Shown: piece after piece, positions 1 through 9,791 of the stretch
Position numbering within the stretch: position 1 is the stretch's first letter
How the letters are laid out: every line of letters begins with the position of its first letter
From: Candidatus Omnitrophota bacterium
GTDB taxonomy: Bacteria > Omnitrophota > Omnitrophia > Omnitrophales > Aquincolibacteriaceae
Direction: 5' to 3'
Length of the DNA: 60,875 nucleotides
Assembly (NCBI GenBank): GCA_043808175.1
Contig: JAZDFE010000030.1
Location: 1 to 60,875 of the forward strand
Made by a program: the position numbers and the translations under genes
Notes under the pieces: model-generated
The model's database searches: none
What the model was told of the DNA's origin: nothing
What the model saw: only the letters and a program-made list of their open reading frames with translations

Positions 1-66
1 AGCGTGGCTCACCACACTTTCCGCCTCCGTTCTTAGAGAAGGCGAAGGGTTGAGACGAGGCATGCT

Positions 67-150
67 AGTCCCAATACCTATCAATTTCAGAGGATCTGAA
101 ATTGGGGCAATCCTTGTCAACCATTCAGGAAAAGAATGAAAGACAAGGAT
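67..150. repeat. Two-hairpin palindromic element (family A/B)
   Basis: gtcccaat..tcaatttcag-aggat-ctgaaatt..ggggc followed by stem atccttgtc/gacaaggat; close reverse-complement match to the copy ending at 44352. Confidence 0.85.
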
Positions 151-196
151 AGAAGGACGAGCGGGCAGGGACTTTGCGGAGCAAAGGAGCGAGGAC

Positions 197-281
197 AGTC
201 ATGATTCTCATTAATTAAAAATCAAAGGTAATCATGGCAGTCCTTGTCACCATTCTGGGAATGAATGCAAGACAAGGACTG
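197..281. repeat. Two-hairpin palindromic element (family A-like)
   Basis: Stems gtcatgatt/aatcatggc and agtccttgtc/gacaaggact; loops end in aaaggt and begin with accatt, as in the 84-bp element. Confidence 0.75.
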
Positions 282-400
282 GAGGGCGAACGAGGGAATC
301 CACGCCGGGGATTCCTGAGTGGTGACGAGGCTCAAACCTTAAGCCTTCTCTTGGCAAGCACCCGAAGATAAAATGGATGCGTGTCATGCCATAAAAAGGT

Positions 401-429
401 TTGTCGACGGCGCCGATTCTTCCTATAAT
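401..429 (+). promoter_or_regulatory. Putative sigma70 promoter of the cyclase gene (probably leaderless mRNA)
   Basis: TTGTCG-17 bp-TATAAT; ATG follows 5 nt later with no Shine-Dalgarno. Confidence 0.6.
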
Positions 430-434
430 CCCCC

Positions 435-2627
435 ATGCGAAAAATACTTTCTTATCTCATTCCCGCATTGATCCTCTTCGGTGTGCTCGCGCTCCAGTAC
501 AGTTTTCCATCCCAGATCGAATCGTTCCGGGCCAAGGTCTTTGATATTTTTCAAATGATCAAACCGCGCGTTTTTCAAGAGACGCCGGTACGCATCATCG
601 ATATCGATGACGAGAGCCTCGAGAAGATCGGGCAATGGCCCTGGCCGCGAACGATCCTGGCAAAACTTGTCTCGCGCCTCGCCGCGGGCGGCGCTACTGT
701 GATCTCTTTTGACGGGGTCTTTCCGGAATCCGACCGCACTTCCCCGCAGAATATGCTCCCGCTCTGGACGGAAGGCGCGACCAGCGAATTCCTGCGCGCC
801 CAGCTTGAAATGATCCCGGACCATGACACGATATTCGCGAAGGCCATCGCCAAAGCTCCCGTGGTCCTCGCCTTCGGCCTCACGAACGAGCCTCACTCAA
901 AATTACCCGAGTTAAAAACAGGGTTCTTGGAGCACGGCACGAGCAAGGACCGGGCCGTCGATCATATTGGGCCCGTCTTCAAGGGGGCAGTTGTCAATCT
1001 TCTCATTTTGGAAAAAGCCGCGAAAGGGAATGGCTGTTTTAATATGGGCACAGAATGGGATAATATTGTCAGACGCGTCCCGTCGATTTTCCGCCTCAAC
1101 AACGTCCTTTATCCGGCCCTCATCCTCGAAACCATGCGCATCTTCCAGGGCGCTTCGGCTTATAAGATCACACTTGCCGGCGCGACGGGTGAAACTTCCT
1201 TCGGGGAAAAGACAGGCCTCGTGAGCATTAAAACGGGCCTGCTGGAAATCCCCACTGATGCCATGGGCAGGATCTGGCTTTATGACACCGGATACAAAAG
1301 AGAACGTTTCATCCCTGCCTGGAAGGTCCTTTCGGATGACAACCTCCTGAAAGAGATGCGAGAAAAGGTCCTTTTCATCGGCGCAAGCGCGATGGCCATG
1401 AAGGACCTCCGGGCCACGCCCCTCAACCCCCGCGCCTCCGGCGTTGAGGTCCATGCCCAGATCGTGGAGCAAATGTTCCTCGGGGATTTTCTAGAACGGC
1501 CGGATTGGGCCGCAGGACTCGAGTTCACCTATCTGACCTTGCTGGGGATCCTGCTTATTTTGATCCTGCCCAAGGCCGGCGCCATACGCTGCGCCGTCAT
1601 CGCTTTTTTAGCCATCGCCTCGGCGTTCGGGGTTTGTTGGTATGCGTTCGTCCGCTGGCATTTCTTGATCGACCCGGTTTTCCCGTCATTCGCCGTCTTT
1701 GGGATCTATTTGGCGTCATCGTTCCTCAATTTTCTCAGCACCGAACGGGAGCGCGGTCAGATCCGCGGCGCCTTCGGCCGGTACCTTTCTCCCGCGCTCG
1801 TTGAAAGACTTGCCAAGAACCCCGGACAGCTCAAGCTCGGCGGAGAGATACGTCCCATGACGTTCCTCTTCATGGATATCCGCAATTTTACGGGGATCGC
1901 CGAAAATTTCACACCGGAGGAGCTCACTCAGTTCATGAACAGTTTTCTCACGCCGATGACCGATATCATTCTTCAACGCGGCGGCACGATCGACAAATAT
2001 ATGGGCGATTGCATCATGGCTTTCTGGAACGCCCCGTTCGAAGATGAGGACCACGCGCTCCACGCGTGCCAATCGGCCCTTGTAATGCAGGAATTCCTCC
2101 GAGCCACGCTGGGCTTTGAGAATGTCCGCGTCGGGATCGGCATCAATACCGGGAATGCCTGCGTCGGCAACATGGGCTCCGAGCAACGCTTTGATTACAC
2201 GGCCCTCGGCGATGAAGTGAATCTGGCTTCACGGATCGAGGGGCTTTCAAAAAATTATGGCGTCACGGCCGTTGTGGGCCAAAACACCGTCGTCGCAGCG
2301 CCGGGATTCGCCACACTTGAGATCGATCTCATCCGTGTCAAAGGAAAGACGAAACCCGTCAAGATCTTCGCTCTTTTGGGAGACACCGGGTTGGAAAGCC
2401 AGCCGCTTTTCAGAGAAGTGCGCGGGCATTTTGAAAAGATGCTCGCAGCTTACCGGAACCGGCAATGGGATGAAGCAGAAAAAACTCTCGAGAATTGCCG
2501 CCACAACACTCTGCCCGGCATCGACCTTGGCGTGCTTTACGAGCTTTACGTCTCGCGCATTCTTTCCTACAAGATCAATCCCCCGGTCCTTAACTGGGAT
2601 GGCGTCACCACCGCCGGTTCAAAATAA
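435..2627 (+). CDS. CHASE2-domain class III adenylate cyclase
   Basis: IIDIDDESL..GQWPWPR and GVEVHAQ CHASE2 motifs, 3 TM helices, then FMDIRNFT, DKYMGD, GIGINTG, YTALGDEVNLASR (Lys/Thr suggest ATP specificity). Confidence 0.95.
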   Translation: MRKILSYLIPALILFGVLALQYSFPSQIESFRAKVFDIFQMIKPRVFQETPVRIIDIDDESLEKIGQWPWPRTILAKLVSRLAAGGATVISFDGVFPESDRTSPQNMLPLWTEGATSEFLRAQLEMIPDHDTIFAKAIAKAPVVLAFGLTNEPHSKLPELKTGFLEHGTSKDRAVDHIGPVFKGAVVNLLILEKAAKGNGCFNMGTEWDNIVRRVPSIFRLNNVLYPALILETMRIFQGASAYKITLAGATGETSFGEKTGLVSIKTGLLEIPTDAMGRIWLYDTGYKRERFIPAWKVLSDDNLLKEMREKVLFIGASAMAMKDLRATPLNPRASGVEVHAQIVEQMFLGDFLERPDWAAGLEFTYLTLLGILLILILPKAGAIRCAVIAFLAIASAFGVCWYAFVRWHFLIDPVFPSFAVFGIYLASSFLNFLSTERERGQIRGAFGRYLSPALVERLAKNPGQLKLGGEIRPMTFLFMDIRNFTGIAENFTPEELTQFMNSFLTPMTDIILQRGGTIDKYMGDCIMAFWNAPFEDEDHALHACQSALVMQEFLRATLGFENVRVGIGINTGNACVGNMGSEQRFDYTALGDEVNLASRIEGLSKNYGVTAVVGQNTVVAAPGFATLEIDLIRVKGKTKPVKIFALLGDTGLESQPLFREVRGHFEKMLAAYRNRQWDEAEKTLENCRHNTLPGIDLGVLYELYVSRILSYKINPPVLNWDGVTTAGSK

Positions 2628-2669
2628 AAAAGGACAAGCGCTTTTTTAAAAAGTGCCCGCCCCTTTTTT
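2626..2669. terminator. Probable bidirectional terminator
   Basis: Imperfect hairpin with A-tract and T-tract between convergent genes. Confidence 0.5.
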
Positions 2670-2688
2670 ACATCAAAAACCATGGATC

Positions 2689-3252
2689 CTACGTTTGCTG
2701 CTTTTGGCCTTCGGAAGATTTGTTGCCGCGGGTTGCGGGGGTATCTGCCGCATCGATAGCATTGCCGAGTTCCGCCAGCGCCGGAGCATCGTCCTGAACT
2801 TCCGGCGAAGAAGCCCCCGGATCGCCCTTCACCGTATCCGGACCGCTCCTGTTCGGTGTGTCCTCAGGGTTTTTCTGCGCCACCTTTCCGGACACAGCCC
2901 GGAGAATCCCTTTCACCACGCTGGCCTTGGCCCCGGCATTCCTGGGGTCGTAGATAAATTCATCGACTATGATCGAGCTCAACGGCCCCAGCGTAAAAAA
3001 AGTCTGGTCAAGGAGCTGGATCTGAAGTTGTCCCTCCGCTCCCGTCTCAATCTTGTCCCCCATAAAGATCGGATCCCCGTCCTTCAGAAAATGCGCGGCT
3101 TTTTCCGGAGGCGTCGTCGTCTTGACCTCGCCTTTCACGGATGCCGCAACTCCCGCCTGAACCGGTCCCGTCGTTTCAGCAAATAAATTCCCATGCCGGC
3201 CGGCCGAAACCACGAAAAGAACAACTGCTGAGATCCAAATGAGTTTTTTCAT
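2689..3252 (-). CDS. Exported FecR-domain protein 1 (internally deleted paralogue)
   Basis: Signal peptide MKKLIW; GDKIETGAEGQLQIQLLDQTFFTLGP FecR motif; very similar to the neighbour but lacks the LPxxxIGxRGT half. Confidence 0.85.
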   Translation of the reverse strand: MKKLIWISAVVLFVVSAGRHGNLFAETTGPVQAGVAASVKGEVKTTTPPEKAAHFLKDGDPIFMGDKIETGAEGQLQIQLLDQTFFTLGPLSSIIVDEFIYDPRNAGAKASVVKGILRAVSGKVAQKNPEDTPNRSGPDTVKGDPGASSPEVQDDAPALAELGNAIDAADTPATRGNKSSEGQKQQT

Positions 3253-3366
3253 AGTTAGAATTTTCGCTTCCTCGTAAAAAATTTTAGCTTGAAACGGTGT
3301 CACCAAACGCCGCCATTGAATGTCTGCCCTTTTCTATTGAACTTCTAAAAATCATTTACTGACCGT

Positions 3367-4251
3367 CTAAGAGTAGCTACCCTGATCCTGGGAACTGGTT
3401 TTATGCGTATCGTCCTTTGCGGATTCCTGCGCCGCATTCTGGGCTCCGAGCGTGCTTGTTTGATTCAAGGCATCCACGTTATTGAGAAGATCCATCAGCT
3501 CCTGCGCATCCACTTGTCCCTTTGGCAAAGGGGCGGCGTTTGTATCGACTCCGGTGGTATCGGTTCCGGCGCCGGTGGCTTGCTGGCTCAGAGCTCCGGC
3601 GATCCGGTTAAGGTCCGCTTCCGAGACCTGGAATACAGCCGCAGGGGCGCTATTTGCTCCTTCCACAATCGTGGCATTTCCGGCCTGGTCGATATCGACT
3701 CCCACAACCTCTCCATTCACGATATTGGTGACATAAATACGCCCCGCGCCCACGGGACCGAGCAGGACGATCATGGATCTCTGCCCGTCAATGATCCCGG
3801 CCACATTCGTGCCGCGAAAACCGATGGACCCGGCAGGAAGATCGACCGACATGTTCTCCGGTTTTTTATGCGCCACCTTGCCGGACACAACCCTGAAGAT
3901 CCCTTTCAACATGCTCGCCTTCACCTTGCCGTTATCATTGGCGGGATCATACATGAACTCGTCCACCGCGATCCCGCTTGAAGGACCGAGCGTGAAGACC
4001 GTCTGGTCCAGAAGGAGGATCTGAAGCTGCCCGTCCGCTCCCGTTTCGATCTTGTCACCCATGAATACTTGATCCCCGCTCTTGAGCGGATGAGCGGCCT
4101 TTCCCGGAGGCGTCGTGGCCTTGACCTCGCCTTTCACCGCTGCCGCGACGCCCGCCCGCATCGGTGTTTCCGCTCCGGCAAACACGCTGCCCAATGTCCA
4201 CACTGTGAGAGCGGCAAGAGTCACTATTGTTATCCAGAAATTTTTTTTCAT
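3367..4251 (-). CDS. Exported FecR-domain protein 2
   Basis: Signal peptide; GDKIETG..LLDQTVFTLGP..LPAGSIGFRGT; ends shortly after GAQNAA. Confidence 0.9.
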   Translation of the reverse strand: MKKNFWITIVTLAALTVWTLGSVFAGAETPMRAGVAAAVKGEVKATTPPGKAAHPLKSGDQVFMGDKIETGADGQLQILLLDQTVFTLGPSSGIAVDEFMYDPANDNGKVKASMLKGIFRVVSGKVAHKKPENMSVDLPAGSIGFRGTNVAGIIDGQRSMIVLLGPVGAGRIYVTNIVNGEVVGVDIDQAGNATIVEGANSAPAAVFQVSEADLNRIAGALSQQATGAGTDTTGVDTNAAPLPKGQVDAQELMDLLNNVDALNQTSTLGAQNAAQESAKDDTHKTSSQDQGSYS

Positions 4252-4269
4252 AGGATTTTCCTTATATTG

Positions 4270-4312
4270 AAGGGGGACAGTCCCTCTAAGATCTTGAAGG
4301 AACTGTCCCCTT
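4270..4312. repeat. REP-like palindrome
   Basis: aaggggacagt...actgtcccctt inverted repeat between co-oriented FecR genes. Confidence 0.7.
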
Positions 4313-4344
4313 AGAACAAAACAGCCGCGACTTTTTTCTCTTGA

Positions 4345-5736
4345 TCAGACCAGGCCGGGACTAAGCGTTGCTGAGACTGTTCCACTGCCTGAAGTCGGGT
4401 AAGTACTGCCGCCAGTATTAGTGTAAGTTACGTTCACCACCGCATTCTGGGCGACCACTCCACCGTTATTTGATAATGCGACCGTAAAATCAAAATTCCC
4501 ACCCGAGGAGGTTTCGTGCCAAGAAAGATCTGTCGTGGGTCCACTTCGCCCGGCAAAGGAAGTCCCGCCACCGCCGGCAATAGAAGTACTATCAAAGCGG
4601 GTGCTTTGAGAGATGGAAATATAGGAATTCCCGCTACCGATGGATCCACTAGGACCAAAAACAATATTGCCCTGAACGAACAGAGAACCTCCGCCAGAAT
4701 ATGTCCCGCTATTGGCGTAATGGCCGGATCCTGATGTAGCTTGTAATTGCTCATACGTCGTGGTGCCATTGGGCATAGTGCTGCCGATGTCATTTGCCGC
4801 ATTCTGAGCCCCCAGAATGCTGACATCGTTCATACTGTTGCTGACATTATCAAGCCCGCTTACGAGCGCGACATTATTGCCGGTGACGGCTTTGTCCTCT
4901 CCCGACAGAGCGCCCATGTCCGTGTTGCCTCCGAGACCGCCGCCGCTGTCTCCGCCGCCGCCCTGCTGGCCCCCACCACCGCCTTGGCCACCGCCAAGCC
5001 CCTGAGTCAGGCCGTTGATCTGCGCATCGGAAAGCTGGAACACATCCGAGACCCCGCCGTCCGCGCCGACCTCGACGCCAAATCCCGTGCGATTCACATC
5101 CTGGTGATCCCCTCCCGTTCCGTCGACCGTGAAACTTCCGTTCCGTGCCCCGGCGTCATTATTTTTCCCGGGACCCAGAAGAGCCGTAAGTCCCTGGCCG
5201 TTTGCGCCCACGGATCCGCCGACGATCGTGCCTCGGAATCCGAGGGACGCCGTAGGAAGTTTTACTTTCACGCTGTCCGGATTTTTGGCCGCGATCTTGC
5301 CCGAAACATAGCGGAAAACGCCTTGCGTGATGCTCGCTTTGATCTCGCCGTTATGGCTTTTCGGATCATAAACAAATTTATCAATGGTGATAGTGCTGTT
5401 CGGTCCGATCGTAAAAACAGTCTCGTCCAAAAGAAGGATCTGGAGATGTCCTGCGGCGTCGGTCTTCACCTCGTCTCCCATAAAGATCGGCTGCCCGCTC
5501 TGCGCGATGCGCCCCGCCTGACCGAAGGTCGTAAGCTCTACTTTCCCCCCGGCCGCGGCAACAACACCGACCCGGTCAATGGCAGGAGGAATCACAGTCA
5601 CCGGCACGGGAGAAACAGACGCGGGAGCGGACACGGGAGCAGACGTAGGCACAGACATTTGAGCGGGAACAACGGGGATCGTAGGCACTGAAAATGCGAG
5701 AAACAATGCGAGAAAGAAAACTGAGAATTTTTTCAC
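4345..5736 (-). CDS. Exported FecR-domain protein 3 with Gly-rich linker and beta-rich C-terminal domain
   Basis: GTG start, signal peptide, GDEVKTDAAGHLQILLLDETVFTIGPNS..GFRGT, GAQNAA, then a G/S/T-rich domain. Confidence 0.9.
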   Translation of the reverse strand: MKKFSVFFLALFLAFSVPTIPVVPAQMSVPTSAPVSAPASVSPVPVTVIPPAIDRVGVVAAAGGKVELTTFGQAGRIAQSGQPIFMGDEVKTDAAGHLQILLLDETVFTIGPNSTITIDKFVYDPKSHNGEIKASITQGVFRYVSGKIAAKNPDSVKVKLPTASLGFRGTIVGGSVGANGQGLTALLGPGKNNDAGARNGSFTVDGTGGDHQDVNRTGFGVEVGADGGVSDVFQLSDAQINGLTQGLGGGQGGGGGQQGGGGDSGGGLGGNTDMGALSGEDKAVTGNNVALVSGLDNVSNSMNDVSILGAQNAANDIGSTMPNGTTTYEQLQATSGSGHYANSGTYSGGGSLFVQGNIVFGPSGSIGSGNSYISISQSTRFDSTSIAGGGGTSFAGRSGPTTDLSWHETSSGGNFDFTVALSNNGGVVAQNAVVNVTYTNTGGSTYPTSGSGTVSATLSPGLV

Positions 5737-5857
5737 TAGGGTTATCCCTCGAAGGTTTGAACCTGTCAGACGGCGCTATTATATCGCAACTTCCTCGGAG
5801 GGATACAAAAAACGGTGCTGGGTAACACGGGACGCTTGTTCTGTATTCTCATTGATT

Positions 5858-6694
5858 CTAAGAATGCTTTTCTTCAAATTCCGCATCCTTTTTTATTAGG
5901 CGTTTTGCGTATTGATCCAAGCTCTGTCCTGCATTAGGAGCCCATTCACTTAAACCATATTTTTCGAGAAGCTCCACCCGCTTATTTCTTCGATAGATTT
6001 GAACCCTCCGACTTACCAGTTGCTGCTTTTTCAAAGCTTTCTCATAATTCTTTTTTGTCCGTTTCTGTTCCTCATTATCTTCTCGGATCAGATCCCATGC
6101 CTGGACGATATCAGAAGAAGTTTTAACAACGGCCTCAAATACATCGACCTGCCTGATCATGCTTTGTTTCAACTTCTCAAAATCTTCACGGTCCACGTTT
6201 GCATCAAAGAGCTCTTGGTTATTGTCGAGGACGGCCTTCGCACAAGCGAGAGTTTGATAGACCGATTTAAACTCGTTCCAATGTTCTATGCGCACCGCCG
6301 TCTGTTTCGCCTTGTTTATTTTGATAGTGTCCTCCAATTCTTGGGACGCTAGTTTTATCAAATAATTAGACAATCGCCACTTCACCTCATTGAGAGTCAA
6401 AAGAGCCCAAAGTTTTATCGATGCGGGTTGTTTTGTATCATTTTGGATGGTTCGCACCTTCCGGATCAGTAGATCCCAATTCGTGAAGCTTTTCACTTGC
6501 TTCCCGTTGATAGCATTTTTTACCGCAGCATCGAGGTCAAAGGAAGTATTGCCCGCCATTTTAGATTCGCACCAAAGATTAAGGATTTGATCGGCTTTAG
6601 CTGAGACGTCTTGGGGGGAATCTTGGCCGTGACAGAGCGGGCCACAAACTAAGTTGAAAAAGATAGCCGAGAGAAAAAATGCTGACTTCTTCAA
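5858..6694 (-). CDS. Hypothetical exported helical/coiled-coil protein
   Basis: 278-aa ORF, TTG start with GGAGG upstream, signal-like N-terminus, AT-rich. Confidence 0.7.
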   Translation of the reverse strand: MKKSAFFLSAIFFNLVCGPLCHGQDSPQDVSAKADQILNLWCESKMAGNTSFDLDAAVKNAINGKQVKSFTNWDLLIRKVRTIQNDTKQPASIKLWALLTLNEVKWRLSNYLIKLASQELEDTIKINKAKQTAVRIEHWNEFKSVYQTLACAKAVLDNNQELFDANVDREDFEKLKQSMIRQVDVFEAVVKTSSDIVQAWDLIREDNEEQKRTKKNYEKALKKQQLVSRRVQIYRRNKRVELLEKYGLSEWAPNAGQSLDQYAKRLIKKDAEFEEKHS

Positions 6695-6891
6695 TGGCCT
6701 CCTCCTATTTCTTCTTTCTCTTAAATCGTCTCATCATCTTCCAGAACCCGACATCATCATCCGGCGGCTTGAATTCTTGACCTTGCTTTTTTACTGCCGC
6801 TGGCAAAGAACGGATTTTCCCATATCGCTATAAAAAATCACACGGTCTATGCGCTTGGACACCATGACCGTTTGGATAGTGGGGTCATTGT

Positions 6892-7527
6892 TTATCCTAA
6901 CCACACATAACAGAATATCCCCAGAACAACCAACATGGCGAGTGTAAGAACAAAAAAATACTTTCTTTTGTTTTCTACAAATCGTGAAAGAAAAATGGAA
7001 GTTAAAATAAGTGCCGGAATCGAAAAAAACCAGTCGTCTGCCAGACTTTTAATAATATCGCGGCAGAGAGAAGAAATACCTTCGAGCAAGGGCATGAGTC
7101 CGCCCGAGAAGATTAGCACTCCGACGATCACAAGGATAAGCACAAAAGGAAGCACGATAAATATTTCAAAGCCTATCTTAACACTCTCCGTTACGCCGCT
7201 AGGGGCTTTAACTTCTTTCGGGGTAACTAACTGAGCCAAGTTCTCCGTTTGCAGTGGTTTATTTGTCCGCAAATCCATCCTGCAGAAACGGCACAGCACG
7301 GCCTCTTCCTGTATCTCTTCAGCGCAAAAAGGACACTTTTTATGCGTCAAAACATCCGCGATGGTTTTTTCGATCACCCCGGCGCTTTCAATGCAAATAT
7401 CCGTGAATCCTTGCCGCCTCAACTCCTGGATTTCATTCAGGGCTTTTTCCTGATCTTCCGCCTCCACGGTCCCGGCGGCGGGTTTTCCGTTCTTATCTTT
7501 GGCTGTGTAATGAAATCTCACTATCAT
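6892..7527 (-). CDS. Membrane protein with GspF/PilC-like N-terminal motif and zinc ribbon
   Basis: FHYTAKDKNGKPAAGTVEAED; CPFCAEEI..CRFC; 3-4 TM helices. Confidence 0.8.
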   Translation of the reverse strand: MIVRFHYTAKDKNGKPAAGTVEAEDQEKALNEIQELRRQGFTDICIESAGVIEKTIADVLTHKKCPFCAEEIQEEAVLCRFCRMDLRTNKPLQTENLAQLVTPKEVKAPSGVTESVKIGFEIFIVLPFVLILVIVGVLIFSGGLMPLLEGISSLCRDIIKSLADDWFFSIPALILTSIFLSRFVENKRKYFFVLTLAMLVVLGIFCYVWLG

Positions 7528-8012
7528 GTTTTTTGCTCTTGTTCACACATGATGCTGCTTGGAGAAAACCGTGAAAAACAGGACGGCATCCCACGGGGAG
7601 GGGTTAGCTCCTAACCCTGCAGAAGCTCTTCCTCCATTATCTCTTCGTGGGGACCCGCCCCTGACACACATAATCCGCATAAAACCGACAGCTTGACCCA
7701 TCTCAATCCTCCACCCGCTTTACCATCCCGGCTCTCAAAGGGTTCCTTTCAGTGTATCTCCCGCATTCCAATAAGTAAACATCCTCATCACTTGCAAAGT
7801 AACGGCACGATAGAAACTTTGGGGAAGGTTCTCAAAAGTGAATTTTTATCCAAATCGACTTGATTCTATGGCGGGTTTGATCTTAAATCTCGACAACTAC
7901 CTTTTTGAATACGACCAACTTAGAAAATATGGCGGATTGAATTGCGAAATCTCTTTTGACAAGCTCCAAAGGATTATCGAATGAGTGAACTAGTACACCC
8001 GGTACCGTTCTA

Positions 8013-9632
8013 TTAGATCTGAGGAGCGATGACCTCGCCCGTCCCGGTTTCCGCCGATCTTGTATAATCGACAGTGACCTTCGCCTGCGCAGCTATATCT
8101 ACTTGGGTGGATCCATCGGTCGCCGTCTTTAGCACATCTTGAAACTGGACCGTAACTTGATTGAAGACGCCCGTACTGTCAAAAGTGGGAAGGCCCTGTT
8201 GTGTTATTTGCCCACCTGTCCACTGAAAAGTCGCGGGAAGGGAGGGGTTGCTACTGTTAAAAGGTTGGTCGCTCAATAGACAACTGTCATTAAGCGGCGT
8301 CCCCAATGATATTCCGTCGGGAACATGGATCTCAATATGAGACTGGGAACCTATCACCATATTGGAGCCAAAATCAACCTTGATGAGTGCGCTTAAAGTG
8401 CCTTGCAAATCCCCAAAATTAAAATTCCCGCCCACGTGTTGATAAGTCACAACCGGCGCGACACGGGCGAGCATATCACTATTCAAGGTATCTCTGACAG
8501 TTTGGTGAGTAGTCTGATTCGTGGTTTTTTGCGCGGCGTCCTGGGCGGCCATCGTGGTATCTTGCATCAGACCGTTCTGGAAAATCCCCATCATATTGAC
8601 CTGATTCGTCATTTGAAAACCCGCAAACGTTTGCGCACCGGATGCTTGTCCTGCGTTGAAACCCGCGCCAAAAACACTCGTGGTCATCATCGGCGCCTTA
8701 ATCGGACCGGGGGACGCCGGACCTGAGCTTGTTGCAGGCGCTCCAGGCATGGTCCCCGATGCCGGACTGACCGGTGGCTGCGCCCCGGAAGGACCTTGAT
8801 CCTCAACTCTCCCGGTAGGCGGCGCGCCTTGAGCATTCTCGCCCCCGGCAGGAACCGGACCTCGTCCCTGCGCAGGCAAAAGCGATTCGCCCAAATGCTG
8901 GACCTGGACCTCCGGGACCATGAACACGCCCGAAAGACCTCCGGCCTGATCGACGCTCACGCCAAACCCGGTGCGATTGACATGCTCCTGCTGGCCGGAA
9001 TTCCCGCCGGTACCGCTCATAACAAAACTTCCGATGGTCGCACCCGTTTCATTTTTGGAGCCGGGGCCCAAAAGCATCGCCATCGAACGGGTCGCGGAGA
9101 CCTCGCCCGCCACAATCGTTCCTCGGATCCCGATCGTCGCTGTCGGCAGCTTGATCGAAACATTTTCGGGTTTATTGGCCGCGATCTTTCCCGAGACATA
9201 CCGGAAAACCCCTTTGGTGATACTGGCCTCGACTTTCCCCACATGGGTCCCGGGTTCATAAATGAACTTATCGATGGTGATGGCGCTATTAGGCCCGATC
9301 GTGAATACGGTCTCATCCAAAAGCAGGATCTGAAGATGACCCGCTGCGTCGGTCTTCACCTCGTCGCCGATAAAGATCTCCTCGCCGCTCTGGACGACGC
9401 GCCCGGCCGCGCCGGGGGTCATCACTTCGACCTTACCCTGGATCGCCGCCACAACGCCGATCCTGGAAAGACCCTCTAGGGAAGACACCACTCCGGGAGC
9501 CGCAATCGGCATCTGAGCAAAAACCGCGGCATTGGAAAAAATAAAGATGGAAATGAAAAGTGACGTGAGGATCTTTGTCAAAAGGGCATTCTTTCTATGA
9601 GATATCAAGCTTATTTCCACATACCTCTTCAT
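8013..9632 (-). CDS. Exported FecR-domain protein 4 with Pro-rich linker and beta-rich C-terminal domain
   Basis: FecR core nearly the same as paralogue 3, LPTATIGIRGT, AAQDAA, distinct C-terminus; start uncertain. Confidence 0.9.
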   Translation of the reverse strand: MKRYVEISLISHRKNALLTKILTSLFISIFIFSNAAVFAQMPIAAPGVVSSLEGLSRIGVVAAIQGKVEVMTPGAAGRVVQSGEEIFIGDEVKTDAAGHLQILLLDETVFTIGPNSAITIDKFIYEPGTHVGKVEASITKGVFRYVSGKIAANKPENVSIKLPTATIGIRGTIVAGEVSATRSMAMLLGPGSKNETGATIGSFVMSGTGGNSGQQEHVNRTGFGVSVDQAGGLSGVFMVPEVQVQHLGESLLPAQGRGPVPAGGENAQGAPPTGRVEDQGPSGAQPPVSPASGTMPGAPATSSGPASPGPIKAPMMTTSVFGAGFNAGQASGAQTFAGFQMTNQVNMMGIFQNGLMQDTTMAAQDAAQKTTNQTTHQTVRDTLNSDMLARVAPVVTYQHVGGNFNFGDLQGTLSALIKVDFGSNMVIGSQSHIEIHVPDGISLGTPLNDSCLLSDQPFNSSNPSLPATFQWTGGQITQQGLPTFDSTGVFNQVTVQFQDVLKTATDGSTQVDIAAQAKVTVDYTRSAETGTGEVIAPQI

Positions 9633-9791
9633 AGAAGAAATGTACACGGCCGTTTGCATTACGGCAATAAACTTTCCATAGCAATTTATAGCATTATTGA
9701 TCTCTTGAATTAAATTAGCTCTTCTATGTTAGTCTCATGACTCTTAGAGACATGGGTACCTTTGGAAAATTGGGCCTACCAACTGGAGACG

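Noticed and set aside
4925-5005. GGC-rich tandem sequence
   Set aside because: Encodes the poly-Gly linker of FecR 3
7545-7800. Small minus-strand ORFs in the intergenic gap
   Set aside because: Under 60 aa, competing frames, no motifs; cannot be supported
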